Origin: Geosiphon pyriformis uo1 | Lineage: Eukaryota > Fungi > Glomeromycota | Direction: 5' to 3' | Length of the DNA stretch: 64,000 bases | Assembly (NCBI GenBank): GCA_016748015.1 | Contig: JAAOMT010000665.1 | Span: forward strand, 1 to 64,000 | Part shown: one piece after another, positions 1 through 12,600 of the stretch | Position numbering within the stretch: position 1 is the first letter of the stretch | Layout of the letters: every line of letters begins with the position of its first letter | Made by a program: the position numbers and the translations under genes | The notes under the pieces: model-generated | What the model saw: only the letters and a program-made list of their open reading frames with translations | The model's database searches: none | What the model was told of the DNA's origin: nothing

Positions 1-451
1 ATTTTTCTTTTCTCTTTTTTTTTTTTTTTTCTTTTTTTTTTTTTTTCTTTTTCTGTCTTATTTTTGTGGAGCAGCAATATAGTAAAATTGACTGTCTGGG
101 AATAGACTTCGTGATAGCCTAGTAAAAGAGGGAAGCTCCCTCTAAGTTTTGGATATTAACATTATCTTGTTAGCTTACCAAAAGGGCAAAAAGACAATGC
201 CAGACCCTAATAACTGTGCTTGTTAGCTTGGAAAAGAAAGCTCACATTTATGAAAAACGTTGCAATCAACAAAAGACAAACTCTGTGTCTTATAACCAAA
301 GAACTCAATGGGTAAAATTCACATCTAGAAATAGATCTTTAGAGACTGATAATTAAGACTAAGCCAACAGAATTACACAGAAGATGTATTATCAATAATT
401 GAGAGCCCCTAATGTTACCATTTCCCATACCCACCAAGTTTACCCATAACA
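1..451 (+). repeat. A1 5' LTR (partial, U5 part)
   Basis: Near-identical to the 3' part of 8528-9678; ends ...CCCATAACA directly before TT-TGGTGCT. Confidence 0.93.
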
Positions 452-453
452 TT

Positions 454-471
454 TGGTGCTTTCTGTGAGGT
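454..471 (+). promoter_or_regulatory. Primer binding site (tRNA ending ...CTCACAGARAGCACCA; elongator Met or Ile-UAU type)
   Basis: TGGTGCTTTCTGTGAGGT 2 nt after the LTR end. The same TGGTGCT motif follows every 5' LTR in the window. Confidence 0.85.
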
Positions 472-513
472 TATAAATCCACAGAAACAGAGCACCCCCA
501 AAAATACATAAAA

Positions 514-3500
514 GTGGTGACTATTGGAACAATAGGAAAGGACCACTCCTCATATGGAAAAGCACTATTTCAATACTTTTAAAAAAACCTAGAAATACCA
601 GCAGAAATTGCTTATGCAGAAAGTGATTTTTGTAACTATATCAACACAAAAATTGACTGCTTGTTAGGCCACGCAACTGATACAGAAAGACTTGAAGAAC
701 AAATTTATTAAAGCTTACTAGGGTACTTAACAGCCACAACTACCTGAGCAATTGCTGAAACTCTGCGCATAATTGATACAGACATTAAATATTACATGGC
801 ACAACAATTTTCTCAAGTATAACAACCAGTGGAATCTGACCCTGAGAAATATGAAAACAAATCCACAACTCCATAACTGCCCAAGCCAAGTCTACAGTCA
901 ACAAGAAACCAAGGGTCCTCTTCCTAACAACTCCATTATACCATTAGACATCCCAAAGTAGAATTGTATTCAACCCACCCCTGGAAACACAGTTGGAAAC
1001 ACCACAAACTTCTGGAAATTCACACCCTTGGAATCAACACAGTTGGACTAAATCACTAGGAGAATACAAATCACTGTTTGGAAATCTTACCCCAGCAGCC
1101 AGTCAAACAGAAAAAAACCTGTCAACTTGGGAACAGCCACTAGCACAAAACCTAGCAGAATCAGCATCTCCTCTAATGGAAGAAACAGCTATCTTACAAC
1201 CTATTGGTTCAAGCGACAAAGGAAAGCAATCAGCATTAGCACCCGGAGAACACTCAAATACACAAACACCAATCTCTTTAAACATAACCAGTAACATCTC
1301 ACCCATTAACCGGATCATGACTTACTAGGATATCGCTAAATTGGAAAAATTCTCTGGTGAAAAAGATAACACATATTCTTGGATCGCGGACATCGAGAAA
1401 GCAATTACTGCTAACGGTTAGAACAATGACTGCACAATTTAGGCACTGCCGTTTTTTCTGACTGGAACTGCCAATTCGTGGTACCAGAGCCTGGCAGAAA
1501 AGCCTACCTTTTTTACCGAGTTTAAACTCACATTTCTGCAATACTTCTATAACCCCAATACATTAATCTGATTGCAGAATCAATTCAGCATAATTAAACA
1601 AAAAGATCACAAAACAGTAACTACTTATCTCAGACAATTCAATCAAATCCTGCATCAAATATTAGCTATCAAAAGGGACTACTACACCATGGTGCAAGTT
1701 CTTAATCAATTCATTAAAGGATTGCGGAGTAGTATTTTAAGATCCATAAGACTTCACCATCCAACCAGTTTACAAGATGTCATCACTCTTGTTCACGATT
1801 TTGAATCTGTAGAACAAGAAGTGAACCATACCCAAGCTGTTAATTTAGCCATTAACGGAACCTCTGACATTGACACAAAGATAATCCAATTGAGTGAGAA
1901 ACTAACTCAGAAAATTGAGGGATTCTTAGCCGGAACTACAGGAACTTATCAACCACCCCAACAGAGAGAAAATAACAACAACAGCAGATACCCACAACAA
2001 CAGCAGATACTCACAGCAACAGAACTGTCAGCAACAGCAACAATCTTGGAGATCTGATCCCCATAACTGTTACTACTGCCAGAAACCTGGACACATTACC
2101 CATGACTGCAGAAGGAAAATCATGAACCAAAATCAAGGAAACCCATACCAGCAACCCAGATATCAGCAAAACATAGTACCCCAATATTCTATATCTTAGA
2201 ATCAACTGCCCCTATATGCACAACAAATCCCGTACACTCAACCACTGCCCCAGAATTATTATCAACCACCACCAATGACACAAGCAATCCCTCACTATCA
2301 AACTTCTCTTTACAGTCTGTCCAGACCTCGAGCTATAGACTATAATCAGAGATGGAGGAATTCCAACAACAATCAGGTGCAAACCAACAGTGAACCGTCT
2401 CGACCAATCCTTCGTGGTCCTGCCCAATCTTGACCAACACCAACTGGATACCCGAATCAAGCTTTCTATCTCAGTTTTATAGAAGACCAGAGTTTTGATA
2501 AATCTACACCTATGGAAGGGGAGAATATAGAACGAATCTCCCAACCTTCCAAGCAAACAAAAAGCAATATTCGACCAGCCACTATTACCAAAGACACCAC
2601 CCTAGCCACCATATTTCCTTTTAACATTGATAATTTGAACACCCATAGCCTTTTTAGTGGAGCAGCCATCAATCAGGATAAACCAATAATGGCCCTATAC
2701 ACTGATGCCAGAGTTGGAGGAATAGACATTAAATTAATCCTGGATAGTAGATCAGCCAGTAACATAATCACGAAGCAGCTCATAGACCAACTAGATCGCC
2801 AAGTAGACCATGCTGCTACTGCCCGGATCATTACAGCAGATGGAAACACAAAAACCCCAATAGGAGAAATTGACAACTTCCCTTTCAAGATTAATGGAAT
2901 TCAAATCCCTACCAAAGTACTCGTCATGGAAGCTACTCAATATCAAGCTCTAGTAGGAAATGACTGGTTGTCAAAAGCCAACACTACTCTTGACTGGAAC
3001 ATCCAAGAACTTCAACTCACATTCAATGAACAGCATGCCCGAGTTTCAGCTATGTGCAAACACTTTAAAACCCAATGTACCGAGAAACCCCTTATTGAAT
3101 TCGAAAACACATCAATGCCACCAACCATCAAGACCTATCAGGTTTCATGGGCGGATGATTATCAAACTGAACTACCCCCACCACCAACCTGAGAAGAAAA
3201 AAGAAAAGGCAGAGCCAAAGAAAAATCCTAATTGTCATCACTAGGATACATAACCTTAAACCAAAGAAACTTATTTTACCAACCCCCAAGACTAATATGT
3301 GTCAACTGTGGAAAAAAACTATCCACTATGGGCGCATGTATCAAGAACAACAAAAAATGGCCCACCGCCACCAAATACTATTGTAGATCTTGTTTACTGG
3401 AAAGATTTGGATGACCAAAACAACAAGGCAAGTGGGACAACACGCCATGCCTTGCATGTGGTGAAATCCTGCCAGATGAAGGACTCTGGAATGATGTGCC

Positions 3501-6321
3501 TGACAGAAGAGGAACATGTGACGAGGCTTGTCAATACACCATATTAATCAATGATTGGGTATGAAAGGAAATTTCTATCGAAGACACTTAGAAATGAGCA
3601 CTCAACAGGCTGAACAGTTATCCACACAATGACCATGAAATCTAGAGAATGGCAAGTGCCAAGGCCGAAGGCACCACACCCGAAGAAATACAAGAAATCA
3701 AGAACAATTTTTGGATGCTTGAATATAATAGACCCGACTATCCTGAGGATGATTTCTTCACAGATGACCCAAACACATTTCAGAACTGATATCAGGAATT
3801 GGTCCCAATTTGCGAAGAACAGGAGCAAAGATTGGCCGATTTGAATACCAAACTGTGTGATCACTGTTTAATCTCCTGTCACTTCCAGTACTGTGACAAA
3901 TGTGATCTCATGTTCAATCTACCTCTAAGAATACTGTTTCCAATTACTGAACTACCTGAGCCCGAAGAAAAGGTATTGATCACCAAGGACATGTCATTTC
4001 AAGATCCAACTGAAGATACCAAAACAAAACAGTATCTCATGTATCCCAACCTATCCAAAAAACTAGAGCTAAAATGGTACAGTGACAATGAGGAAAGAAT
4101 CTGCCCTGAAAGAACACATGATATTAATGCCGGTTTCGACCTATGATACTCTGGACAATCACCCATCATTATAGCCCCATATTCTTTCATAAAAATAGAT
4201 CTTAAGATAGCGTTAGAAATTCCTGTTAGTACAATGGTACAAGTTGCCTCTCGATTTAGTCTAGCCAAAAAAGAAATTGACATAAAAGGAGGAATTATCG
4301 ATGCCAGTTACATGGGAAACATCATTGTGATGCTACAGAACAATTCAGACAGACCCTACAAAATAGAATCACAAGAAAAAATTGCCCAAGCTATCTTCCT
4401 ACCCCTAGTCAAAATACCCCAATTAATCCTGGTAACAACCTGAGAAGAGTTAAGCCTTACTGCCCAAAGAATCAATGGGTTTGGATCAAGTGGAAGATGA
4501 AATGTACCAGTTAATTTCACAGAGAAAGACAGTGACCAGGTAGAATTTATCAACACTGACACCATCATCTCCATTCCCCCATACCGACAATACATCCTCA
4601 AGATGAATCAAAAGATCCAAGATCAAGCCCTGTTATTCGAAGCCAGTTCCAAAATCTGTTCTCTAGCCAATGTTGCTAATCTATACCTACCGGCCAAAGC
4701 CCATAAACACTTCAAAATCCTCATCCACAACCCAACAGAAGATGTCATTGAAATCCCCAAAGAGACTCTCATTGGTTCCATTTCTGCAAATATTCAGAAT
4801 CCTGAAAAACCCCAGTTCATTCCAGATTTTGCACAATTATTTTTATTCTGTGACATTATCTCACAAGTATGGAATTTGCCAAAAGAAAGTTACTTGTTCA
4901 CATCAGAAGAGATTAATAAATTGAATTTAGGAAATTTAAGTACCCTGCAACAAATGCAACTCAAAGTTCTTCTGAATCAGTATGCCGATGTCTTTGCCAG
5001 TGAAAATGAGTTCAAACACACTGACATCATGAAGCATCAGATTGATACGGGAGACACTCAACTGATTAAGCAATGAGCTTACCGTGTACTCCCATCTGGC
5101 GATAACTTAATTAAGCAAGAAGTGCAATGGATGCTTGATAACGGCCTAATCAAAGAATTATTAAGCCCTTGGTCCTCGCCAGTAGTCTTGGTTACCAAAA
5201 AAAATGGAAAAGTGCTATTCTGTGTAGATTATCAAAAACTAAATAGCATCACATGAGAAGATAGTTATTCTACTTCCCTCATCCAGGAAATTCTGGACAA
5301 TCTAAGGAAAAAGAAATGGTTCTCATTATTAGATTTAACAAGTGGTTACTGGCAAGTTGAAATAGACCCCAAAGACAAAAGAAAAACAGCGTTTACTACT
5401 TGAGATGGAAACTTCGAGTTTAATGTAATGCCTTTTGGACTTTGTAATGCTTCTGCCATGTTTCAACGCCTGATGGATGTAGTATACAAAGAAATCCTTT
5501 GGAAATCAGTAGTAGTCTACCTAGATGACACAAACGTGTTCTCTGAAACATTCAAAAACCATCTGCTCTATCTGCAACAAGTCTTTGAATGCCTTCATAG
5601 TGCCAGATTGAAATTCAATCCCGAGAAGTGCTTCTTTGGAAAAACCAAGTTAAAATTCCTAGGGCATGTAATCAGCAAGGACAAAGTTAAACCCAATCCA
5701 GATAAAGTACAAAAAGTCAAAAATTTTCCAGCCCCAATCAACCTCAAAGAATTACGAGAATTTCTAGGATTGGCAGGATATTATTGTTGATTTGTCAAAG
5801 GTTTCTCGAACATCACAAAACCACTCCATCAATTGTTGTCCAAATACATACCGTACTTGTAGAAGGAAGATCAACAGAAAGCATTCGACTATCTTAAGCA
5901 GTGATTGATCACATTCCCAATTCTGATTTACCCAGATTTCACTAAACAGTTTATTGTCGCTATGGACACCTCAAAAAATGCTCTAGGAGCAGTCTTATCA
6001 CAGATAAGACTGGACAATAGAGAACACCCAGTTGCCTATGCTAGTTGCAGCACTAGCCCAGCAGAAAAGAATTACAGCACAACAGATCTGGAATGTCTCG
6101 CCATTTATTGGGCCGTATAGACTTGGAAATATTACCTCAGTCAACCATTTGACCTATATACTGACCACAAAAGACTTATTTGGTTACTCAACAATCTACA
6201 ACTAGAAAAAAAATATGTGAGATGGAGTACTTATCTGCAACAATTCCCACTCAAAGTCCATTACAAGAAAGGATCCAAGAACACCAATGCTGACAGTTTG
6301 TCGAAGATACCACAAACCTAA
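514..6321 (+). pseudogene. gag-pol: A1 gag-pol polyprotein (capsid, CCHC knuckle, protease, Cys-rich insert, dUTPase, RT, RNase H), disrupted
   Basis: CYYCQKPGHITHDC at ~2088; LILDSRS protease motif at ~2735; AGFDL/GGIIDASYMG/EKIAQAI dUTPase motifs; MPFGL and VVYLDDT RT motifs; RNase H ending NADSLSKIPQT-TAA. Many CGA>TGA and TGG>TAG stops. Confidence 0.92.
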
Positions 6322-6331
6322 TCCCATACCT

Positions 6332-7699
6332 ATGGACACACTCACTTATCAACAACTACATCAATACCTATCGACACTACATTTCAAGGAGATATTATCT
6401 CAACAGGAACAGAGTACCATATGAAAACAAGCCCGAAATTATTTTATTCAAGACAAACAACTATATTGATGAGAACACTGAAACCATCTCAACCCACAAT
6501 GACTAATCAAGGACAGTGAAAGAGAAACTATACTATATAGCGTGCACTCAGATCTGACTGCAGAACACTTTAACAAAGATGCTACCCTCAAAAATACACT
6601 AAACTTATACTATTGGCCAATGATGTACAAAGACATTTTCAAATATGTGCTCAATTGTAATGCATGCCAATGAAGAGGAGAAGCAAGATCAACAGAACCA
6701 CTTCGACCCATTTCAGTTGGAAATCCATTTGATAGAATTGGGATTGATTTGGTTAGATCTCTTTCAATTACATCCCAAGGAAATTGCTATATTGCTGTAG
6801 CCATAAACTATCTTACAAAATGGCCAGAAGCCAGAGCAATCCAAGTGGCCAACGCCAAAACAGTCACCGAATTTGTGCATCAAGACCTAATTTGCTAACA
6901 TGGATGTCCAAAAGAATTATTATCTGATCAGGAAACACACTTTGTTAATAATACACTGACTGAACTAAGCCAATGGTTTGGAATAAAGAGACCCTTATTA
7001 TTACCATACCACCCACAAACGAACGGACTGGTAGAATAATTTAACAGAACACTGTGCGAAGCACTAGCAAAAATAAGTCATGAAAACAGACAAGAATGGG
7101 ACTTATTCATATCTTCTGTACTTTTTGCGTACTGAACATTGAAACAAAATACGACTCAGTTTACACTGTTCAAACTAGTCTATAGAAGAAAAGCTACATT
7201 ACTGATTGAATGAGTGATACCGTCATACCCAACAGAAACAATCAATGAAGAGAATTTTGAGGCTACCTTATACTAAAGAATGTACCAGCTAATGGAAATG
7301 TTGGAAAACAATCAAAGAACAGCAGCTGACAATATTAGTCATGCTCAAAAATAACAAAAAGAAAGACATGATAAACACCTATTAGAATAACCAATGGAAT
7401 TCAAAATTGAAGACCAAGTACTGTTATATTGTACAAAAGCTAAGAAACAGTGGAGTGGAAAGTTTGACTCAAAGTGGGATGGTCAATTCCATATACACGA
7501 AGCATTAGGAAATGGAGCTTACAAATTATAGTTGGAAGACAGGATTTTAAAGAAAGTAGCACATGGAAATCGGTTAAAAATTTATCATGTAAAACAGGAA
7601 TCATTGTCATCAGTACCTCAACTAGGAACACAAATTTTATTAATCAGACTAGAAGATATACCACGAGATCTGGAACCAATCATCGTCATCAAAACATAG
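6332..7699 (+). pseudogene. A1 integrase (separate ORF; HHCC, DDE core, GPY/F), disrupted
   Basis: ATG MDTLTYQQL 10 nt after the RNase H stop; RIGIDLV, LSDQETHF, YHPQTNGLVE and KWDGQF motifs. Confidence 0.88.
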
Positions 7700-8513
7700 A
7701 CAATGGGCAGCAAATTAAATTGAGGAATTCAAATATATATAGCATCCAAAAAGCAGTAAAAAACAATAGAAATTTCAACATAAACCTTTCAAATCAAATT
7801 TTAAAATTATCTAAACAATTATTTGAAACAATTCAAAAATTGACATCTCAAATAGAAATAACAATTGATAAAAAAGAGATACAATACAAAAATAAGAGCA
7901 GGAGAGGGAAGGATGAGAGTTCAATTAGAACTAAACGTTCTCTCTCCTACCCACCACTTGAAAGGCAATGTTGGAGGAAAAATTGCCTTCAGGTGGGAGG
8001 TGAAAAAGAAGAAGACAAAAAATGAGAAAAAGGTTACAAAAGAAGATACTTGGTTCCCGAGCTCGAAAAAATAAAAGAAGCTTTAGCTCGTGAGACCAAA
8101 CTCCCCAAAACAGAGGAGTGGACACCTGACAACGCCCAGGAATAGAAAGAAAGACTTCCTTCAGCTTATTGGTTCTACAAAATTGGAGAACAGCTTGACT
8201 TGAAAACATCATATGAAGACCTCAGCCAGAAAACGTTCAACAAAGAAGCAATACAACAAGTAGAAAATTCATAGAGAAAAACAATCTGACTCTACATTAC
8301 AAAGCAGCATACTGACTATATGCTACCTTCCAACATTGCCCAAACGTACTACTAAACAGATCTATGAAAACCATAACGGTTAACAACATAGAACAAATAA
8401 CTAATCAACAGTTCAAAGACCTACAAAAGGCAATACTTGAGGCAACAATCAAACATTACACAAATAAAGCCACGATAACAAATACATATGGTTTTACAGG
8501 AGCTCAATTTTAA
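7696..8513 (+). pseudogene. A1 ORF3 (unknown helical protein between IN and PPT), disrupted
   Basis: LSNQILKLSKQLF...IEITID and YWFYKIGEQL...KAAY(R)LYATF...ITNQQF align with ORF3 of families B and C. Ends GAQF-TAA at the PPT. Start position is approximate. Confidence 0.65.
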
Positions 8514-8527
8514 AAAAAGAGAGATAA
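8512..8527 (+). promoter_or_regulatory. Polypurine tract of A1
   Basis: AAAAAAAGAGAGATAA immediately before the TGTTAT of the 3' LTR. Confidence 0.8.
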
Positions 8528-9183
8528 TGTTATCCAAGTAGAAAAACTGATCCAAAGTTATAAAAAAACATGACCAAAATATGACATAATACAGAATAAT
8601 GCGCAATAACATTGAATAATGCATTATAACATAGGATAACGTGTTATAATACAGGATAACACAGAATAGTGTGCAATAACATAGGATAACGTGTTATAAT
8701 ACAGAATAACACAGAATAACATGTAATAATATCAGATAACATATTATAATATAGGATAACTAGTAATAACGTAGAAAAACGAAGCAATAACAGAAACAAC
8801 AAAGCAATAGCTAGCAATAGTGAGACAATTGAAAGCAATCCTGTAAAACCAAAAAAATGTATAAAAGCAAGTAGTTGTAGAAGTGAAAAAAGACAGACAG
8901 ATAGATACAAATTTCTAGACCAGAATTAAAATATTTATACCCCTTCATTCTTTATTATCTTTCCTATTTCATCTCCTGAAATAAACCAATTATTAAAGAA
9001 ATCAGAATCACGAATTCATGTTTTCGAACTTCATGGAATTTACGTGAATTAACTTTTGTCTCATACCTCCATTCTAGAACAGATGCTCTTAGCATAACCA
9101 CCTCGAACCTATTAACAATTTGGATCAATCACTCTTGATCACAGCAATTAACAATACTAATTTATCTTTTCTCTCTTTTTTTT

Positions 9184-9279
<96 letters not shown>

Positions 9280-9678
9280 CTGTTTTATTTTTGTGGAGTA
9301 GTAACATAGTAAAATTGATTGTCTGGAAATAGACTTTGTGATAGCCTGGTAAAAGAGAGAAGCTCCCCCTAAGTTTTGGATATTAACATTATCTTGTTAA
9401 CTTACCAGAAGAGCAAAAAGACAATGCCAGACTCTAATGATTGCACTGGTTAACTCGGAGAAGAAAGCTAACATTTATGAAAAACATTGCAATTGATGAA
9501 AGACAAACTCTGTGCCTTATAACCAAAGAACTCAATGAGTAAAATTCACATCCAGGAATAGACCTTCAGAGACTGATAATCAAGACTAAGCCAACAGAAT
9601 TACGTGGAAGACACATCATCAATAATTGAGAGCCCCTAACATTACCATTTCCCATACCCACCAAGTTTACTCATAACA
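8528..9678 (+). repeat. A1 3' LTR
   Basis: TGTTAT...ATAACA termini; U3 short repeats ~8585-8775; TATAAAA at 8860; AATAAA at 8980; poly(T) ~9168-9279. Confidence 0.93.
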
Positions 9679-12600
9679 ATGGTCATGCCATCAAACTGAT
9701 TCTAGACAATGGATTAGCTGGCAGTATCATTACACAACAACTTATAGACCAATTAGGTCACCAAGTTGATTATGCTGCCAGTACATACATAATTACTGCT
9801 GATGGAATGACCAAAACTCTGATCAGCAAAATTGATGACCTCCCTATAGAGGTTAATAGTATTATCATGCCAATTAAAGTATTAGTTATAGAGGCCATCT
9901 AATATCAAGCTCTAGTTGGAAATAATTGGCTGTCCAAAACCAATACAACACTTAACTGGACCACCCAAGAATTGCAAATCAGCCAAAATGGCCAACATAT
10001 GCAAACACCAGCAATGTGCAATTATTTCAAGACCAACAACGTGCTAACACTGTTAATAAAACTCAAGAAAGAAGTAAACAAATCTCTTTAAGAAATTTAT
10101 CAAGTCTCATGGGCCAATGAGGACCACAATAAGCTACTGCTGATACTCTTATGGGACAAACAAGAAAAAAAAAAGTACACAGAAGAACTTACCTGGAGAA
10201 CTGACCAAAACACATGGAATAACAACAATCAAAGTGAAATACCACTGATTCTAGACTGGAAAGAAAAGAACAAAGGAAAAAAGAAAATGAAAAGAAAAAA
10301 AGAAAGACATACCTGAAGAGACCAACAACACTATCATAACAAGTGGTTGGGAAAGTGCATGTTCAACAAATACCAGGCAAAAACCATCTTATATTCTCTT
10401 CAAGTGCAAAGATTGCAAAAAAAACTGTCTTCCATGGGAGCTTGGATTGCATCAAATAAAGATTACTGGATGCGAACCCATTACTATTGCAAGCCTTGCC
10501 ACTGTAAATGCTATGACTACTCAAAAAGACAAGGCAAGTGGGACAATAAACTATGTCTTGCTTGCAGTAAACAATTACTCGATGAAGGAATATGGAACGA
10601 CATTCCTGGTCAAAAAAGAATATGTGACACTTTGTGCCAGTACACGATTCTCATCAGTGATTGGGTAAGTTGTGATATGCCAATAACTGCTGTCTGGCAC
10701 CATGTGATCTTTTGCTTGGATGGTTACCCATATGATGAAAACAAGATCTGATAGATGGCAAACACCAAAGTAGAAGGCACCATGTCCAGCAAAATATTAA
10801 AAATCAAGAACAATCCTCTGGAACCAGTTAATATTGTTTTGATCCCCAACTCAGATGCTTTCCTGGATCTGGAAACAGGCCCAGAAGAATTCCATGAGCA
10901 CTACCAAAATTTGGCACTAACAAGAGAGGAACAAGAGCAGCATTTGGTCCAAATAAACACCTAACTATGTGACCACTGTTTGATCCCATATAACTTTCAA
11001 TATTGTAATGAGTGTGACCTTATTTACAATTCACTATTATGCATAATTTACACAATTCCAAAAGAAGAAGAACCAATTAGCAGCTGCGTATCGAAATTGG
11101 AATCAAAGTTCAATTCTGATTCAAACTCTAACAATAACAATAATGAAAACAACAGTTCCAGTTCTGCTCAATATGGTCATAATAACGACAATAATTTAAA
11201 CTCAGATTTGAACTCCAATCTAAACTACAAACAATATATTGCACTTCTGGACCTCACCAAAAAGCAGAAACTAAGATAGTTTAGTAATAACAATGAGGGT
11301 ATCATGTCAAAATACACACATGATATTGATGCAGAATTTGATCTGAGGTATCTAAGAAGAAATGCCATCAAATTGAAACCACATTTGTGCACCTACATTG
11401 ATCTCAAAATAGCACTGGAAATTCTAGCAACAACTATAATTCAACTAGCATCTAGGAGTAGTTTAGCAAAAAAGGGAATCAATATCAGAGGAGAAATAAT
11501 TAATGCAGGATATATAAGAAATATCATTGCTATACTATAAAATAATTCAGAAAAAATCTATATCATAGAGCCAAATGAAAAAATAGCATAGGCAATATTC
11601 CTGCCTCTGGTGAAAATATCTCAACTAGTATCAGTGGGAAACAGAGAAAAATTAGGGATTATAGCTAGAAAGATATAGGAATTCAGATTAATGAGTAGAA
11701 TAAATGTACCAGTTAATATGGCAGAAAAAAAAATTGTTGACAAGAGAAAAATTATCTCCACCCATCAATCAATTTTCATTTCACCATATAACCAGTACAT
11801 GATAGTCATAGAGAGAAAAGTGAAAGATCAGATTCAAATTTTTGAGACAGAAGCAACACTTTGCAAATCAAGAGAAATTAAATTAGTCAATTTACACATA
11901 CCAGTCAAAAACCATGGTCACATAAAAATTTCTATCTACAACAACACAGAAAATGTCATTAGAATACCAAAAGAAACAACTATTGGATACTTAACCACTG
12001 AAATTGAAAACCAACTGCCAGACATTATTCCAGACTTTCCATAACTTTGCAAATATGTGAATATTATATTACAAACAATATATAGACGAAATGAATATTA
12101 TTTGCTTCAACCAGAACAAGTAGAACAAATAAACATGGGAAACTTAGATCCACTACAACATATGCAGCTCAAAATGTTACTCAACAATTTCAATGACATC
12201 TTTACTAGTGAAAACGAATTTGGCAGAACTGATATCATCCAACATCAAATTAAGACTGGAAATGCAATGCCAATTAAACAGAGAGCATACAGAGTACCAT
12301 CAGCTAGCCATGAGATCATTCATCAAGAAATCAATTGGATGCTTGACAATAGGCTAATTCAGCTATCAATGAATCCATGGTTATTACTAGTGGTACTAGT
12401 TTATAAGAAGAATAAAAAAATCTGCTTTTGTGTGGATTACTGGAAACTGAATGAAGTAACAAAAAAAAACAGCTACCCAACTCCAAAGATCCAAGAACTT
12501 TTCAATGCTTTTGAAGGAAAGAAATGGTTTTCAACTTTAAACTTAAACAACAGTTATTGGCAAGTAGCCATAAAACCAGAAGACAGAGAAAACAGCTTTT

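Larger units (their letters stand above)
1..9678 (+). mobile_element. Ty3/Gypsy LTR retrotransposon A1 (5' LTR cut by window edge), inserted in the protease of B1
   Basis: LTR pair (1-451 matches the 3' part of 8528-9678), PBS, gag-PR-dUTPase-RT-RH, IN, ORF3 and PPT. The right flank resumes in a family-B protease (D-GHAIKLILD). Confidence 0.95.

Noticed and set aside
52-451. Hammerhead or HDV ribozyme in the LTR
   Set aside because: Hairpins are present, but I could not assemble a CUGANGA/GAAA core or an HDV pseudoknot; an Infernal search would be needed.
1975-2015. Programmed gag/pol frameshift in A1
   Set aside because: The shift is explained by a 19-nt tandem duplication (AACAACAGCAGATACCCAC) private to this copy; I found no conserved slippery site at the equivalent position in other copies.
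2042-7400. TGA as a reassigned sense codon (alternative genetic code)
   Set aside because: In-frame TGAs sit at both Arg (CGA) and Trp (TGG) positions, differ between copies, and are accompanied by TAA/TAG at Gln/Trp positions, which fits deamination.
8421-8910. Hydrophobic minus-strand ORFs as membrane or Env proteins (also 20369-20674, 44670-45062)
   Set aside because: They are antisense shadows of A-rich sense sequence and LTR repeats, and are not conserved as ORFs between copies.
9120-9332. Poly-Phe and poly-Lys ORFs
   Set aside because: They are translations of the LTR poly(T) tract, whose length differs between copies.
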